A stretch of 64,000 bases of DNA, from positions 26,042,001 to 26,106,000 of the forward strand of contig NC_086118.1 of assembly GCF_963921235.1 (NCBI RefSeq), in the 5' to 3' direction. The notes beneath the pieces are model-generated. The model made no database searches and was not told the origin of the DNA. It saw only the letters and a program-made list of their open reading frames with translations. The stretch is from Mobula hypostoma (Eukaryota). Shown piece after piece: positions 1 through 12,039 of this stretch; within the stretch, counting starts at the first letter, position 1, and each line of letters begins with the position of its first letter. Position numbers and translations under genes: made by a program.

Positions 1-2150
1 CCAGAGCTAGGAAGATTATACAGTTTAATACACGGCAAAGGAGTTGGTGTAGGAGGGAGGGCATAAGACATTCGGATCATTGGGCTGACTTCCAGGGAAG
101 GTGGACCTGTACAGTTGGGACAATTTGCACCTGAACTGGAGGGGGACTAATATCTTAGTGGGAAGGTTTGTTAATGCTGCAGGGGTATGGGAATCAGAGT
201 GTCAGAACAGTTAATGGAGAGCTTGTGGAGACAGATGTTGGTAAGACTTCAGACAAAGTTTAGAATCAGAAAGTTGAGCATGGTGTGACTAGTGTCCTAA
301 GCTGCATATATTTGAATGCAAAGAGTATAGTAGGAAAAGCGGATAATTCTGCTAAAGATGAGGTATTAGGTTCACAAACAGAGGCAATGTGTAGTGAGGA
401 GAGACTGCTGACGGGGAAAAATTGCAGTCAACAGAATGAGTTGGAACTTAAAAGGTGGACACAATCGAAAAGGGGGAATACAGGACTGAAGGTGTTGTAA
501 TTGAATGTGTGCAGTATATAGAATAAGGTAGATCTACTCGCAGCATAGTTGCAGATTAGCAGGTATGATGTTGTAGGCATCATATGATGGCTGAAAGAAG
601 CTTATAGTTGGGAGCTTAATGTCCAAGGATACACATTGTATCAAATGGAAAGGCAGGAAGGCAGAGGAGGCAGCATTGCTCTGTTGGTAAAAAAATGAAA
701 TCAAATCATTAGAAAGAGGTGACATAGGTGTTGAATCATTATGGATAGATCTAAGGAACTGCAAGGATAAAAAGACCCTCATGGGAGTAGTAAGGATGTG
801 GTCTACAAATTACAACAGGAGATAGAATATACATGCTAAAAGTGCAATGTTAAAATAATCATGGGGGACTTCAATATGCAGATAGATTGGGAAAATCTGG
901 ATTCCAGGAGGGGAGTTTCCAGAGTGCCTCTGAGATGACTTTTCAGAGCAGCTTGTGGTTGAATCCACTAGGGGATCAGTTATTCTGGATTGGGTATTGT
1001 GCAATGAAGCAGAATTGATTAGAGAGCTTAAGGTAAAAGAATCCTTAGGGACAAGTGATAATAATGTGATCGAATTCACCCTGAAATTTGAAAAGGAGAA
1101 GCTAAAGTCAGATGTATCAGTATTACAGTGGAGTAAAAGGAATTATAGAGGCATAAGAGAGAAGTTGGCCAGAATTGATTAGAAAAGAACACTGGCAGGG
1201 ATGACGGCAGAGCAATAATGGCTGGAATTTCTGGAAGCAACTCAGAAGCCACATGATATATACATCCCAAAGAGGAAGTAGTATTCAAAAAGAAAGATGA
1301 CATAACCATGGCTAACAAGGGAAATCAAAACCAACATAAAATCCAAAGAGAGGGCATAGAATAGAGCAAAAATTAGTGGGAAGTTAAAGGATTGGGAAGC
1401 TTTAATAAACCAACAGAAAGCAACTAAAAAAGTCATTAAGAAGGTAAAGATGGAATACAAAAGTAAGCTAGCCAATAATATTAAATATACCATAAGTTTC
1501 TTCAAATAGATAAAGTATAAAAGAGAGGCGAGAGTGGGACTGCTGGAAAACGATGCTGGGGATGAAATGGGTGATGAACTGAATAAGTATTTCCCGGCAG
1601 TCTTCACTGTTGGAGACACTAGCAGTATGGTGGAATTTCCAGGTGTTAAGGGTCATGAAGTGTGTGAAGTTACCATAACCAGAGAAAAAGTTCTTGGGAA
1701 ACTGAAAGGACTGAAGGACTGGGGTGAACACCACCTGGAGCAGATGGTGTACACCCCAAGGTTCTGAAAGAGGTGGCTGAAGAGATTGTGGAGGCATTAA
1801 TAATGATCCTTCAAGAATCACTAGATTCTGGAATAGTTTTGGAAGACTGGAAGATTACAAAAGTCACTCCACTCTTTGAAAAGGGAGAGAGGCAGAAGAA
1901 AGGAAACTATAGGCCAGTTGGTCTGACCTCAGTGGTTGGGAAGATATTGGAGTCAATTAATAAGGATGAGGTCTCAGGGTACTTGGAAGCATGTGATAAA
2001 ATAGGCCATTGTCAGCATAGTTTCCTCAAAGGAAAATCTTGCCCAACAAATCTGTTGGAATTTGTTGAAGAAATAACAAACATTATAGACAAAGGAGAAT
2101 TGGTTGATGTTGCGTACTTGGATTTTCAGAAGGCCTTTGATACAATGCCA
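1..2150 (+). mobile_element. Degraded, probably chimeric CR1-clade LINE (ORF1 esterase end, ORF2 endonuclease, start of RT)
   Basis: LHLNWRGTNILVGRF (SGNH-esterase-like ORF1 end), YLNAKSI, MGDFN, ILDWVLCN, LGTSDNN, GNYRPVGLTSVVGKILE, YLDFQKAFD. Many stops and frameshifts. Confidence 0.9.
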
Positions 2151-2154
2151 CAAA

Positions 2155-2562
2155 TTCTTCACAGTTCCTTTCTTAACTTGTGGAAGTAGTGAAATAGTTT
2201 CGTTTTCACTCTTGGCTGTGTCTGACATCTCCAAGCCTGAATGCTTGAAACTACAGCAAGCAAACAGTTCTGAATTGTCTTACTGTTTATTATTTGCCAA
2301 TGATCGGTGACAAAAACATAAGTATGCAAATGATGCTATTTAAAAACTGCCCAGTGTAGTGTCTAATGGCCACATGACATGCATATGATTGATGCTGGTT
2401 AGAAAAAGTTTGGCAACAGTCTCCCACCCAATCAATTGGCATAGTGGCCCTAATAAATGAAGGGAATCCACGCTATTTCCTCTATTTATTTTTGTTCTTT
2501 AAGAGTTGTCCCAAATAAGCAGCTGGCTTGATTAATCGATGGCTCAATTAACCAGAATCCAC
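2155..2562 (-). mobile_element. Tigger/pogo-like non-autonomous DNA transposon fragment
   Basis: TIR-like end (a)agtggattctggttaatt near 2562, and a KTIQNC remnant on the minus strand resembling the pogo transposase C-terminus. Confidence 0.5.
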
Positions 2563-3710
2563 TTTATATATTATTGTAATTTGTGTTTTTAAATATGTAT
2601 TGCATTGTATTTCTGCTGTAAAACAACAAATTTCATGTCATATGCCAATGATATTGAACCTGATTTTGGTTCTACCTCGTGTATGTATGAACACCTATCA
2701 GTGACATGATGAACAGACAAGGTGGTAGAATAATTTCCACACCTATATAGGTAGATGCTGAATCCTGGAGACTATTATTGAGAAGTATGCCAGAGATGAA
2801 TCAGTAATTCATAAATGAGCTATGGATACTTTCCCCATTAACATAGTGGATGGCAGAGCTTAACATAATGTCTACTGGATTATTGGATCAGAGAGGTAGG
2901 AAGTTCTACATTAAGGAAGAGAGGATCTCACTCCACTAAGTTTGAATATGAGCTTGCACATGAGTCAACCCTTGGTCAAGCCTGATCATGAATACGGCAT
3001 CCAGCATCCAGCATCCATCCCCCCTCCATTACAAACGCTATAAGAACTCTGAAGGTTCAGAGAGGGTCCATAGAATTGAAATGTAATTTAAGATGGTTAG
3101 TTCTCTGCACAGTGTTAGGGGCCTTTGGCATTTTATGGATAAATGTAAACTCTGAAGGGATATGATTAGGTCTGTTACATTTATAAAAGAATTGCAATTT
3201 GTCCAAAAAACCAACTGCTGGAGGAACTCAGCAAACCAGGCAGCATCTGTGGAGAGAAGTTTTCTCCTGAACCAATCAAGCTTAAAGATAAAGTCAAGTT
3301 AAAAAAGACAATAAAGAGAGCATAGAGCATTTATAAGTGATTAATTTAAGTCGCATTGAGATTTATTAATTCCAAATTTTGAATACCACCAGGTGCTATT
3401 TTAGGTACGATAATAGAACTTACACCATCTTACCATTCACAAATTTTCAGCATTATAGTAAAAATGAATTAGGATTAACCCCGAAAAGGATCAATAATGT
3501 CAGAGGAAATGGAATCAGGAACCCCAAACCGAGCCCTTCCCCTTCTGCTGCTTCACATGTACCGCCCATAAACCTTCAAGAGTTAAAAATATCTCAGCAA
3601 CCAGAGCCGGGATCAGCCCCCTCAGAAGACAGGCATGGAAATAGCAGAAAACGAAGAAACTGTAACTCCCAAACACACGGGTGTTTGACACTATTATGTG
3701 GCTATATTTT

Positions 3711-6700
3711 CTCATAGAATTTTGAACGCTGAAAACAGTACAAGCCCTTCAAACCATAACGTTGAGGTGACCTTTTAATTGACTACAAGAACTATCTGAC
3801 ACTTCACTCCCTCGTTGCCCTCCGTATTTCTTTCATGCATGTGCCTATACAATAGTCTCTTAAATGTCCTTAATGTATCAGCCTCAACTATCACCCTTGG
3901 CATAGCTTTCCATTCAATTACCATTCTTGTGTAAAAATCCCATCTCTAACCTACCACCACCCCCACATACTTTCCTCCAATCTCCTTAAAAGTAAGTCCT
4001 CTCATTATATTCATTGTTGGTCTGGGAAAGTGGTCCAATCTATTTACGTATCTTATCATCTTATACAACTCTATCAAGTCACCTCTCACTCTCCTCTCCA
4101 GAGAGAAAAGCCCTAGCTTACTCAACATTTCCTCATAAGACATGTTCTCTAATCCAGGCAGTATCTTGGTAAATCTCCTCTGCACCCTCTCTAAAGCTTC
4201 CACATCCTTCCTGTAATGAGGCAGTCAGAACTGAACACAAAACTCCAAGTCTGGTCTAACCATAGCTTTATAGAGCTGAAATTTTATCTCATAGCTCTTG
4301 ATCTCAAACCCCTGACTGATGAAGGGCAACTTATCATACACCTTCTTAAATATGACAATTTTGTGGGATCTATGGGTGTCAAACACAAGATCTCTCTGTT
4401 CCTCCATACTGCTGCGAATCCTGAAATTAATCTTGTTTTCTGCCTTCGTTTGACCTTCCAAAGTGCATTACTTCACATTTCTCCTAACTGAACTCTACCT
4501 TCCACTTCTCAACCCAGATCTGCATCCTGTCAATGTCTCATTATAACATAGATTCTAGCATTGATAATGCAGTGGCTGATTGGCAGGAGGCAAAGAATGG
4601 GAATAAAAGGAACCTTTTCTGGTTGGCTGTCGATGACTAGTGATGTTCCACGGGCGTCTGTGTTGGGACCAATTCTATGTCAATAGTTATAGTCAATATT
4701 GTTATATGTCAATGATTTGGATGATTGAATTGAAAGCTTTGTTGCAAAGCTTGCAGACAATATAAGGGAAGGGGCAGGTAGTTTTGAGAAAGCAGAGAGG
4801 CTACAAAAGGATTTAGACAGATTAGGAGAATGGGCAAAGAAGTGGCAGATAGAATACAGTGTCAGGAAGTGAATGGTCATGCACTTTAGTAGAAGAAATT
4901 AAAGGGTTAACTATTTTCCAAGTGAAGGGAAAATTTTTTAAAAAACCAAGGCACAAAAGAGACTTGGGAGTCCTTGTGCACAATTCCCTAAAGGTTAATT
5001 TGCAGGTTGAGTCTGTGGTGAGGAAGGCAAATGCAATGTTAGTGTTGATTTCAAGAGGATTAGAATATAAAAGCAACGATGTAGTGTTAAGACTTTATAA
5101 AGCACTGGTGTGGCCTCACCTGGAGTATTGTGAGCAGTTTTGGCCCCCTTTATCTTAGAAATGATATGTTGAAACAGGAGAGGGTTCAAAGGAGGTTCAT
5201 GAAAATGATTCCAGGATTGAATGGCTTGTCATATGAAGAGCATTTGATGGCTCTGGGCCTATATTCGCTAAAATTCAAAAGAATGAGGGGTGACCTAATT
5301 GAAACCTATCGAATGGTGAAAGGCCTTGATAGGGTGGATGTGGAGAGGATGTTTCCTATGGTGGGAGAGTCTAAGACCAAAGGACACAGCCTCAGAATAG
5401 AACGGAGATGAGGAGGAATTTCTTTAGCCAGAAAGTGTTGAATCTGTGGAATTCATTGCCACAGGCAGCTGTGGAGGCCAAATCTTTATGTATATTTAAG
5501 GCAGAGGTCGATGGATTCTCGATTAGTCAGGGCTTGATGGATACAGGGAGAAAACAAGAAATTGGGCTGAGAGGAAAATTGGATCAGCTATGATGAAATG
5601 GCGGAGAAGACTTGATGTGCCAAATGACCTAATCCTGCTCCTATATCTTATGGTCTTATAACCTACGATAGCATTCTACACTATCCACAACACCACCAGC
5701 AACACCACCAACCTTCATTTTATCCGCAATCTTACTAATCTACCCTTCCACTTCTTCATACAAGCCATTTTAAAAAATCACAAACAGCATGGATCCCACC
5801 TATCCCTGTGGAACAACATTATTTCTGGATCTCCAGGCAGAATACAGCCCACCTACTACCACCCTCTGCCTTCTGCAAGCAAGCCAATTCTAAATCCATA
5901 CAGCTAATTTTCCCTGGCTACCATGCCTCCTGACTATGAATGAGCCCACTATGAGGAATTTTGTCGAAAGCCTTACTAAAATCCATATACACCACATCCA
6001 CCGCTGTACCTTCATTAATTTGTTTTGTAACTTCCTCAGACCTCATGAGGCATGACCTGCTCCCCGCAAAGTCATCTTGACTATGCCTAATTAGACTTTG
6101 CTTCTCCAAACACTCTTAAATCGTGCCTATAAGAACCCTCTCTAATAGTTGCCAGCCTCTGATGTAAGAATCACTGGTCTGTAATTTGTAGCATTATCCC
6201 TATTGCCTTTCTTGAACAAAGGAATAACATTTTCCACCCTCCCGTCATCTGCTACAACTCCTGTGGCTAGTGAGGACACAAAGATCATTGCCAAAGATGC
6301 AGCAATCTCTTTCCTTGTTTCCTGTAGTAACCTGGAGCATATTCCATCTGATCCTGGGGACTTAACTGTCCTAATGTTTTTTCTAAAGTTCCGGAATCTC
6401 ATCTTTATAAACATCAACACGTTCCAGCATATCAGCCTCCTTTCCGCTGTTCTCACAAATGTCAATGTCCCTTATTCTACACTTCCTCTTTCTTAACCTC
6501 AACATGTTCCAGCCTGTTCTACACTGATCTCACACTCATCAAGTTCCTTCTCACTGGTGAATACTGAAGGAAAATATTTATTAAGGACCTCCACTGTCTG
6601 CTAAAGATCAGGCACTTGTGGTTTCTGTCTCCAAAGTACTGTATAGATTTAACAAACTGCTCATCTTCTGTATCTTGCTCAGCCTGGCGACATATCCTTT

Positions 6701-6729
6701 GATCTATTTCACTATAAATACCAACATAT
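3711..6729 (-). mobile_element. Degraded CR1 LINE (minus), interrupted by a nested CR1
   Basis: ALERVQRRFTKILPGL, MVRPDLEFCVQF, VYMDFSKAFDKIPH and NYRPVILTS in the expected order either side of 4551-5655. Confidence 0.9.
4551..5655 (+). mobile_element. 5'-truncated CR1 LINE 3' end nested inside another CR1
   Basis: LYKALVWPHLEYCEQFW, ERVQRRF, NLWNSLPQ and a tcttatgg tail. Flanked by TTATAAC(A/C)TA at 4541-4550 and 5656-5665. Confidence 0.9.
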
Positions 6730-7111
6730 TGGCTGGTGGGGTGGAGATCTGTCTCTAGTAAAGGTGGTGTAAGGTGCTCCTTCCCTCCGCTAACCTGCCC
6801 GTCACCCTTCACAAAGTGTAGGACCTTATTAGCCCCTCAAGCAGGGTCACGTGAAGCCATGAGAGCAGGTGGTGGATGGTCGTATGAGCAGCTGGTGCAT
6901 ACCACAAGTCCTGGTGATGCGACCACTGATGCCAGGCAGACATTCTCTGAAGAGTATTGATAATGGCTGGGGTCACCGGGCTTGTAAAGGCACTGCCCAG
7001 CAGAAGGCAATGGCAAACCAGTTCAGTAGAAAATTTTGCCAAGAACTATCATGGTCATAGGAATACCATGATTGCCCACATCTCATGATATGGCACATAA
7101 TGAATGAGCCA
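6730..7111 (+). mobile_element. RTE-related short retroelement (SINE-like)
   Basis: 3' motif gaaggcaatggcaaaccagttc resembles RTE/BovB-type ends, followed by a small hairpin tcatggt...accatga. Possible TSD accaac(a/c)tat at 6720-6729 and 7112-7121. Confidence 0.5.
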
Positions 7112-8419
7112 ACCAACCTATACCAGGGTGCCCATTGGATGGATGTGTGATAATGAATTGACTTGTAATTAGTGCACTACGTTGAAGAGTGTAGAATCTG
7201 AATAGCTGAACCTTTATGATATACCATTCCATTTAGCGCTTATCATTCCATAAGCATTAAAATATTCCTAAGTACAATAAATAAGAAAGAATATCAAAAC
7301 AGTGATATTAAAATCATCACATATAGATGTTCTTTCTTCTGTTTATTTTCCTTTTTAATTCAAATGCATCATTAAATATAGTTGGCTCGGAGGAAAATAT
7401 TTGGCTAATCTAGCTCATGTCAGGAAAACTTCACCTTGATTCCCAAAAGACTGGAGGGATCCCAGCAACTGGGTGACATCACAGCAAATGACTGGGCTAC
7501 TTTTTAACAATCAGAGATGTCAGTCTTTGAGAAAATGCACCCAGATCTCCCTTAAAAGAAAACAATATTGACATTGCCTTCTAGTGCCCTCTAGTTCTGT
7601 GCATTTATATTCACCTATCTTCACCAATATATCCAACTGCAGCAATTTGTAATGGAGACACAAGAGACTGCAGATGCTGGAATCTGGAGCAGAACACAAA
7701 CTGCTGGAGCAACTCAGTGTGTTAGGCAGCATCTGTGGAGGAGAGTGCATAGCTGATTTTTTTTGAGCTGTTTGAATTTTTTTTGGATAAGTTGCAATCC
7801 TTTTCTAAATGCAACTGAGTCAATCCAATAATTTCCCAGTTTACATTTATTCAAAGTCAGAAGCCCTGTCCGTAGATCTCCATTAATCTAGGTTTCAATC
7901 TTATCATTGTCGCTGAACCTCTTTTTTTTTAGAAATCTTAAATTGCATGTCATGGGAGAAGAGTTATGTTAAATGTCGTATTCATAATGGGGCCAATGAT
8001 TTTACAGAAAATAATGTTTTATTTTAAGTATCAAGGCAAGGCATCCCAACACCTTACTTACTTCCCCAATAGTGAAGTTTCTTGAGGGAATGTTTCACTG
8101 TAAGTTTTAGGCCTTTCTCCTATTCAACAGCCTTGTGAACACCATCCTGTATGGTGTGTATGTGGTTGATGTTGCCCTTAGATAAAGTGTATTTGGCTTT
8201 GTCGTCAGCATTTCTTGGTTAAACCAAAAAGAGAGTTTTCAGAAACTGAAATATCTTCCCTGAAACTGAGAAAATAAGGTAATGATTCAACTGAAATTTC
8301 TGAGATATTAGAAGGCAACTGAGAGACAGGCTGTGTAGAGAAAAGCCATTTCTGTAACTGTAATTGGGGAAAAGTAGGAATATAATTTACAAAACAAAAG
8401 CTAAGCTTTACCGGAGTGA

Positions 8420-8649
8420 CACACACAAAATGCTGGAGGAATTCAGCAGGCCAGGCAGCATCTATGAAAAAAAAGTACAGTCGATATTTCGACCCGAAAT
8501 GTCGACTGTACTTTTTTCCATAGGAAGGGTTTCAGCCCGAAACATCGACTGTACTTTTCTCCACAAATGCTGCCTGGCCTGCTGAGTTCCTCCAGCATTT
8601 TGTGTGAGTTGCTCGGATTTCTAGTATCTGCTGATTTTCTCTTGCGTGT
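8420..8649. mobile_element. Palindromic Penelope-derived short insertion
   Basis: Inverted arms cacacaaaatgctggaggaa...ttcctccagcattttgtgtg with broken hammerhead motifs inside. TSD GCTTTAC(C/T)GGAGTGA at 8405-8419 and 8650-8664. Confidence 0.8.
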
Positions 8650-8857
8650 GCTTTACTGGAGTGAAATTATTTCTGTGAACCTTTGTGCAAGAGTAGGGTG
8701 GAAGAAAATGTAGAACTCTCTTTTGCAAGTTTGGTCGGTTGTGATTTCTGGTTTGAGTTAAATTGATCCTTATTAACCAAATGTAATAAAAATATTAGTG
8801 AAAAATCAGGTATATGGAGTTAGGTCACAAATTACTCACAATCTTACTGAAAGGCAG

Positions 8858-9374
8858 CACACATCAAAGTTGATGGTGAACGCAGCAGGCCTAGCCTCCA
8901 ACCTGATGGCATGAGCATTGACTTCTCTAACTTCCGCTAATGCCCCACCTCCCCCTCGTACCTCATCTGTTATTTATTTATATACACACATTCTTTCTCT
9001 CTCTCTCCTTTTTCTCCCTCTGTCCCTCCGACTATACCCCTTGCCCATCCTCTGGGTTTCCCCCCCCCCCTTTTCCTTCTCCCTGGGCCTCCTGTCCCTT
9101 GATCCTCTCGTATCCCTTTTGCCCATCACCTGTCCAGCTCTTGGCTCCATCCCTCCCCCTCCTGTCTTCTCCTGTCATTTTGGATCTCCCCCTCCCCCTC
9201 CCACTTTCAAATCTCTTACTAGCTCTTCCTTCAGTTAGTCCTGACGAAGGGTCTCGGCCTGAAACGTCGACTGTACCTCTTCCTAGAGATGCTGCCAGGC
9301 CTGCTGCGTTCACCAGCAACTTTGATGTGTGTTGCTTGAATTTCCAGCATCTGCAGAATTCCTCGTGTTTGCGT
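8858..9374 (+). mobile_element. 5'-truncated Penelope-like element with an inverted 5' segment
   Basis: SLQPDGMSIDFSNFR* resembles the C-terminus of a Penelope RT/GIY-YIG ORF. It is followed by a pyrimidine-rich UTR and a hammerhead motif. 8858-8890 is inverted relative to ~9298-9331. Perfect 14-bp TSD TTACTGAAAGGCAG at 8844-8857 and 9375-9388. Confidence 0.85.
9237..9272 (+). ncRNA. Minimal type I hammerhead ribozyme motif (Penelope-type)
   Basis: AGUC-CUGACGA-AGGGUCUCGGCCU-GAAAC-GUC-GACU: intact core, stem I AGUC/GACU, stem II, palindromic ACGU in place of helix III. Confidence 0.75.
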
Positions 9375-9739
9375 TTACTGAAAGGCAGGGCTGCTTTAAG
9401 GGGCTAATGGGCCTATGACTGTTCCCTGGCTCTCACCTGAAAAAGCAGGGAGGAGAAATGGCTAAGTTGGATGGCTTTTCATTAGAGACAAGCACAAAGT
9501 ATAATTGCAATACCAGCCAGTCCAATCACAGGCACCTATTAGATTATACCATTACTCAAGCCAGAAACTGCGAAGGTTCTCACATCCCACACGGTAGAAC
9601 TATTGGACAGACTGATGCCAGATTCCCCAGAGCAGCCTGTCCCCGAAACATCAGTGCCAACAGAAGCATTGCCGCGAGCTCACAAAGAACCCATCAGGGA
9701 ATCAGCTGCTTAAGGACACTTTACAAATTGAAACCCACC

Positions 9740-11050
9740 ATACCCTACAGTCCATCATAATTGACATCCAGGAAGTGCAGGGTATTCCATTGCACAACTG
9801 ACTTGTGCCTTGCAGATGGTGTAAAGGCATGGGGAGGGGGGTGTTTTGTTGGTTAGAACTTAAGTCACTTGTTGCAGGATAACCAAGTGTGACCTGTTCC
9901 TGTAGCTACAGTATTTATATGGCTTGTCTAATTATACTTCTGGCTTATGGTGACTTTGAGGTGTTGATGCTATTAATATTTAATGTAAATGGTTAGCTCC
10001 AGCCTTTTTTTGTGGTTTGTTAATTAGCTATCATTGATCAGCTCATGCCAGAATGCTATCTAGATCTTGTCAAACACAACACCCACTGCCTCATTTGCTC
10101 AGATGCTGCAAATGCTACTGAACATTGTACAATGAGCAGTGGATGTTCAAACTTATGATATTATGGAAAAAGGATCTTTGATGAAGGAGGTGAAGATGAT
10201 TAGGCCAAACATATTGACCCCTAAAAAACTCCTATATTGAAATCTTAAAGCTAGAATGATTAATATCCAGCAACCACGCTCTGTATGCATCACGATTCTA
10301 AATATTGAAGTGTTTTTCTTTTATCTCATACCTTGATACGACATTAGTTGAAAGGCTGTTGCCCCAAGGTTTCACACTCTCACCTCACCTCTGAAATACA
10401 CTTTGATATATTTGGGTCTTGTCAGTTTCTTATCTGGTGCAGTTCTCAGAAGGGTGATATCCACTCAGAACTTCTACTAAAATATGATTGCAAATGCATT
10501 GACTTTTCTTTAGGACTCACAACCTAGAAGCCACCATTACAGGGAACAGGAATATCCTTAAAGCCTCCTTCTCCAAGTGGCTGTTTATTTTCCATCACCA
10601 TTCATGGTGACATGTGAGAACTTTGTCCTGATCTGTTAGGTTTTAAGATCGCCTTCCTCTGTCCTTTGCATGTGTTTTTGCTGTTTAAGATGCATTTTGG
10701 TCCAGTGTTACAGCTTCAGTCTGGTACTGCATATTTAGTTATGATTGATGTTGCTCCTTGCATGCTGTTCTACACTCTTTGAACCAAATTTCACTCCTTA
10801 GGCCCAATCTAATGCTAGAAAGGGGGTTATGTGGAGTCCCAAAACTGTAGTGAAGCACACTCCAGCTGCAGCACCACATGGATGGCCAGTTTTAAGTGGC
10901 TAGAACTATTAACATTATTATAGTGTCACATAACAAGACAGAGGGTGCTCCACTACACAAGGGCAGTGCTATCAATGCAATCATGGATAGATACTACATC
11001 TGACACAGACAGATGGAGAGGAAAAGATCATGTAAGTTTATCTGCAAATC
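9740..11050 (-). mobile_element. Highly degraded LINE remnant (CR1/L2 group)
   Basis: Pattern recognition of decayed LINE ORF2 sequence only. No intact ORF; boundaries approximate. Confidence 0.4.
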
Positions 11051-12039
11051 TGGAAAAGAGCGCTGAATTCCAGAGGCACAGAGAGAAATAACCTTGTTAT
11101 ACAATATTTGACTGAACATGGCATTAAGGAGCATTGATCCATTTCCCATGTTCAGAACCCATTAAACATTTCTTCTCATCCTGCCTTTCCAAAGCTATCA
11201 GATCCAATCACTAATTCTCAGGTACAATCAAAGATTGCATCATATTTTAACAAAAGCAATCAAACACATTTGCACATGTTGTGTAAATTTTAATATTATC
11301 AAATCAATGCTGCAGTAAAGTATCGTATAGTGTACCTTAATTATACAAATATTTACAGTTTAGTGTGCAATCGGGTATCACAAAGCAGTGCAATTCATCT
11401 GAATCACTGGACATTTTATGTACAGCCCTTCAATAAGGGAAAGTAATAAACTGCCAATGCACTCTCTGCAGCTTCTGGGGAAAACCAGCAAGAAGTCAGA
11501 ACTAGTAAGAAGTCAGGATATTTTATTGCACATGTTATATTATCTCTGCCAAGACAGGAATAGACACATCATGCCACTGGCTTATAATATTCTATTTACA
11601 AACATCAAATGAAAGTGGTCAATCGAAAAGAGGTCAGATTTGTTTAACACAGTCAGGAATTTTCCCCAGTCTGCTTTCGATTGGATTGGCAGTAGATAAC
11701 AATCAGCCTGGCCACAATTCCATCATGTTTAACCTTTCCAAACCTCCAAATACCAGGTTAAAAATTACTACATGTAGATCATCTAGAGTAACATTCATAT
11801 TCAAAATGTACACGGAGCAATTTGATAAATTCTAGTACAATCAGTTGACATGTTGATGCAAATTACTAGGGAAAAGAATTGGAGGAAGATGCAAGCTTTA
11901 CAGACAAGGGAAGATTTCGTATGTTAGAGTAATGCACTCCTGATTTTGCTACCCAGAAATGTTAAAGCCCTCTGGATGGTCCCACTTCAGCTTTCTCTTT
12001 TCATTTACAGGGAGATCCAGAGTGCTTGATGTATCATGA

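Noticed and set aside
2997..3017. (GCATCCA)x3 tandem repeat
   Set aside because: Trivial microsatellite.
8918..9407. Overlapping 95-155 aa Pro/Ser/Leu-rich ORFs
   Set aside because: By-products of the low-complexity pyrimidine-rich Penelope UTR.
9430..9460. Polypyrimidine tract plus CAG|GTGAG (recursive-splice-like motif) on the minus strand
   Set aside because: It lies downstream of the PIK3R5 stop with no supported transcript or exon; likely chance.
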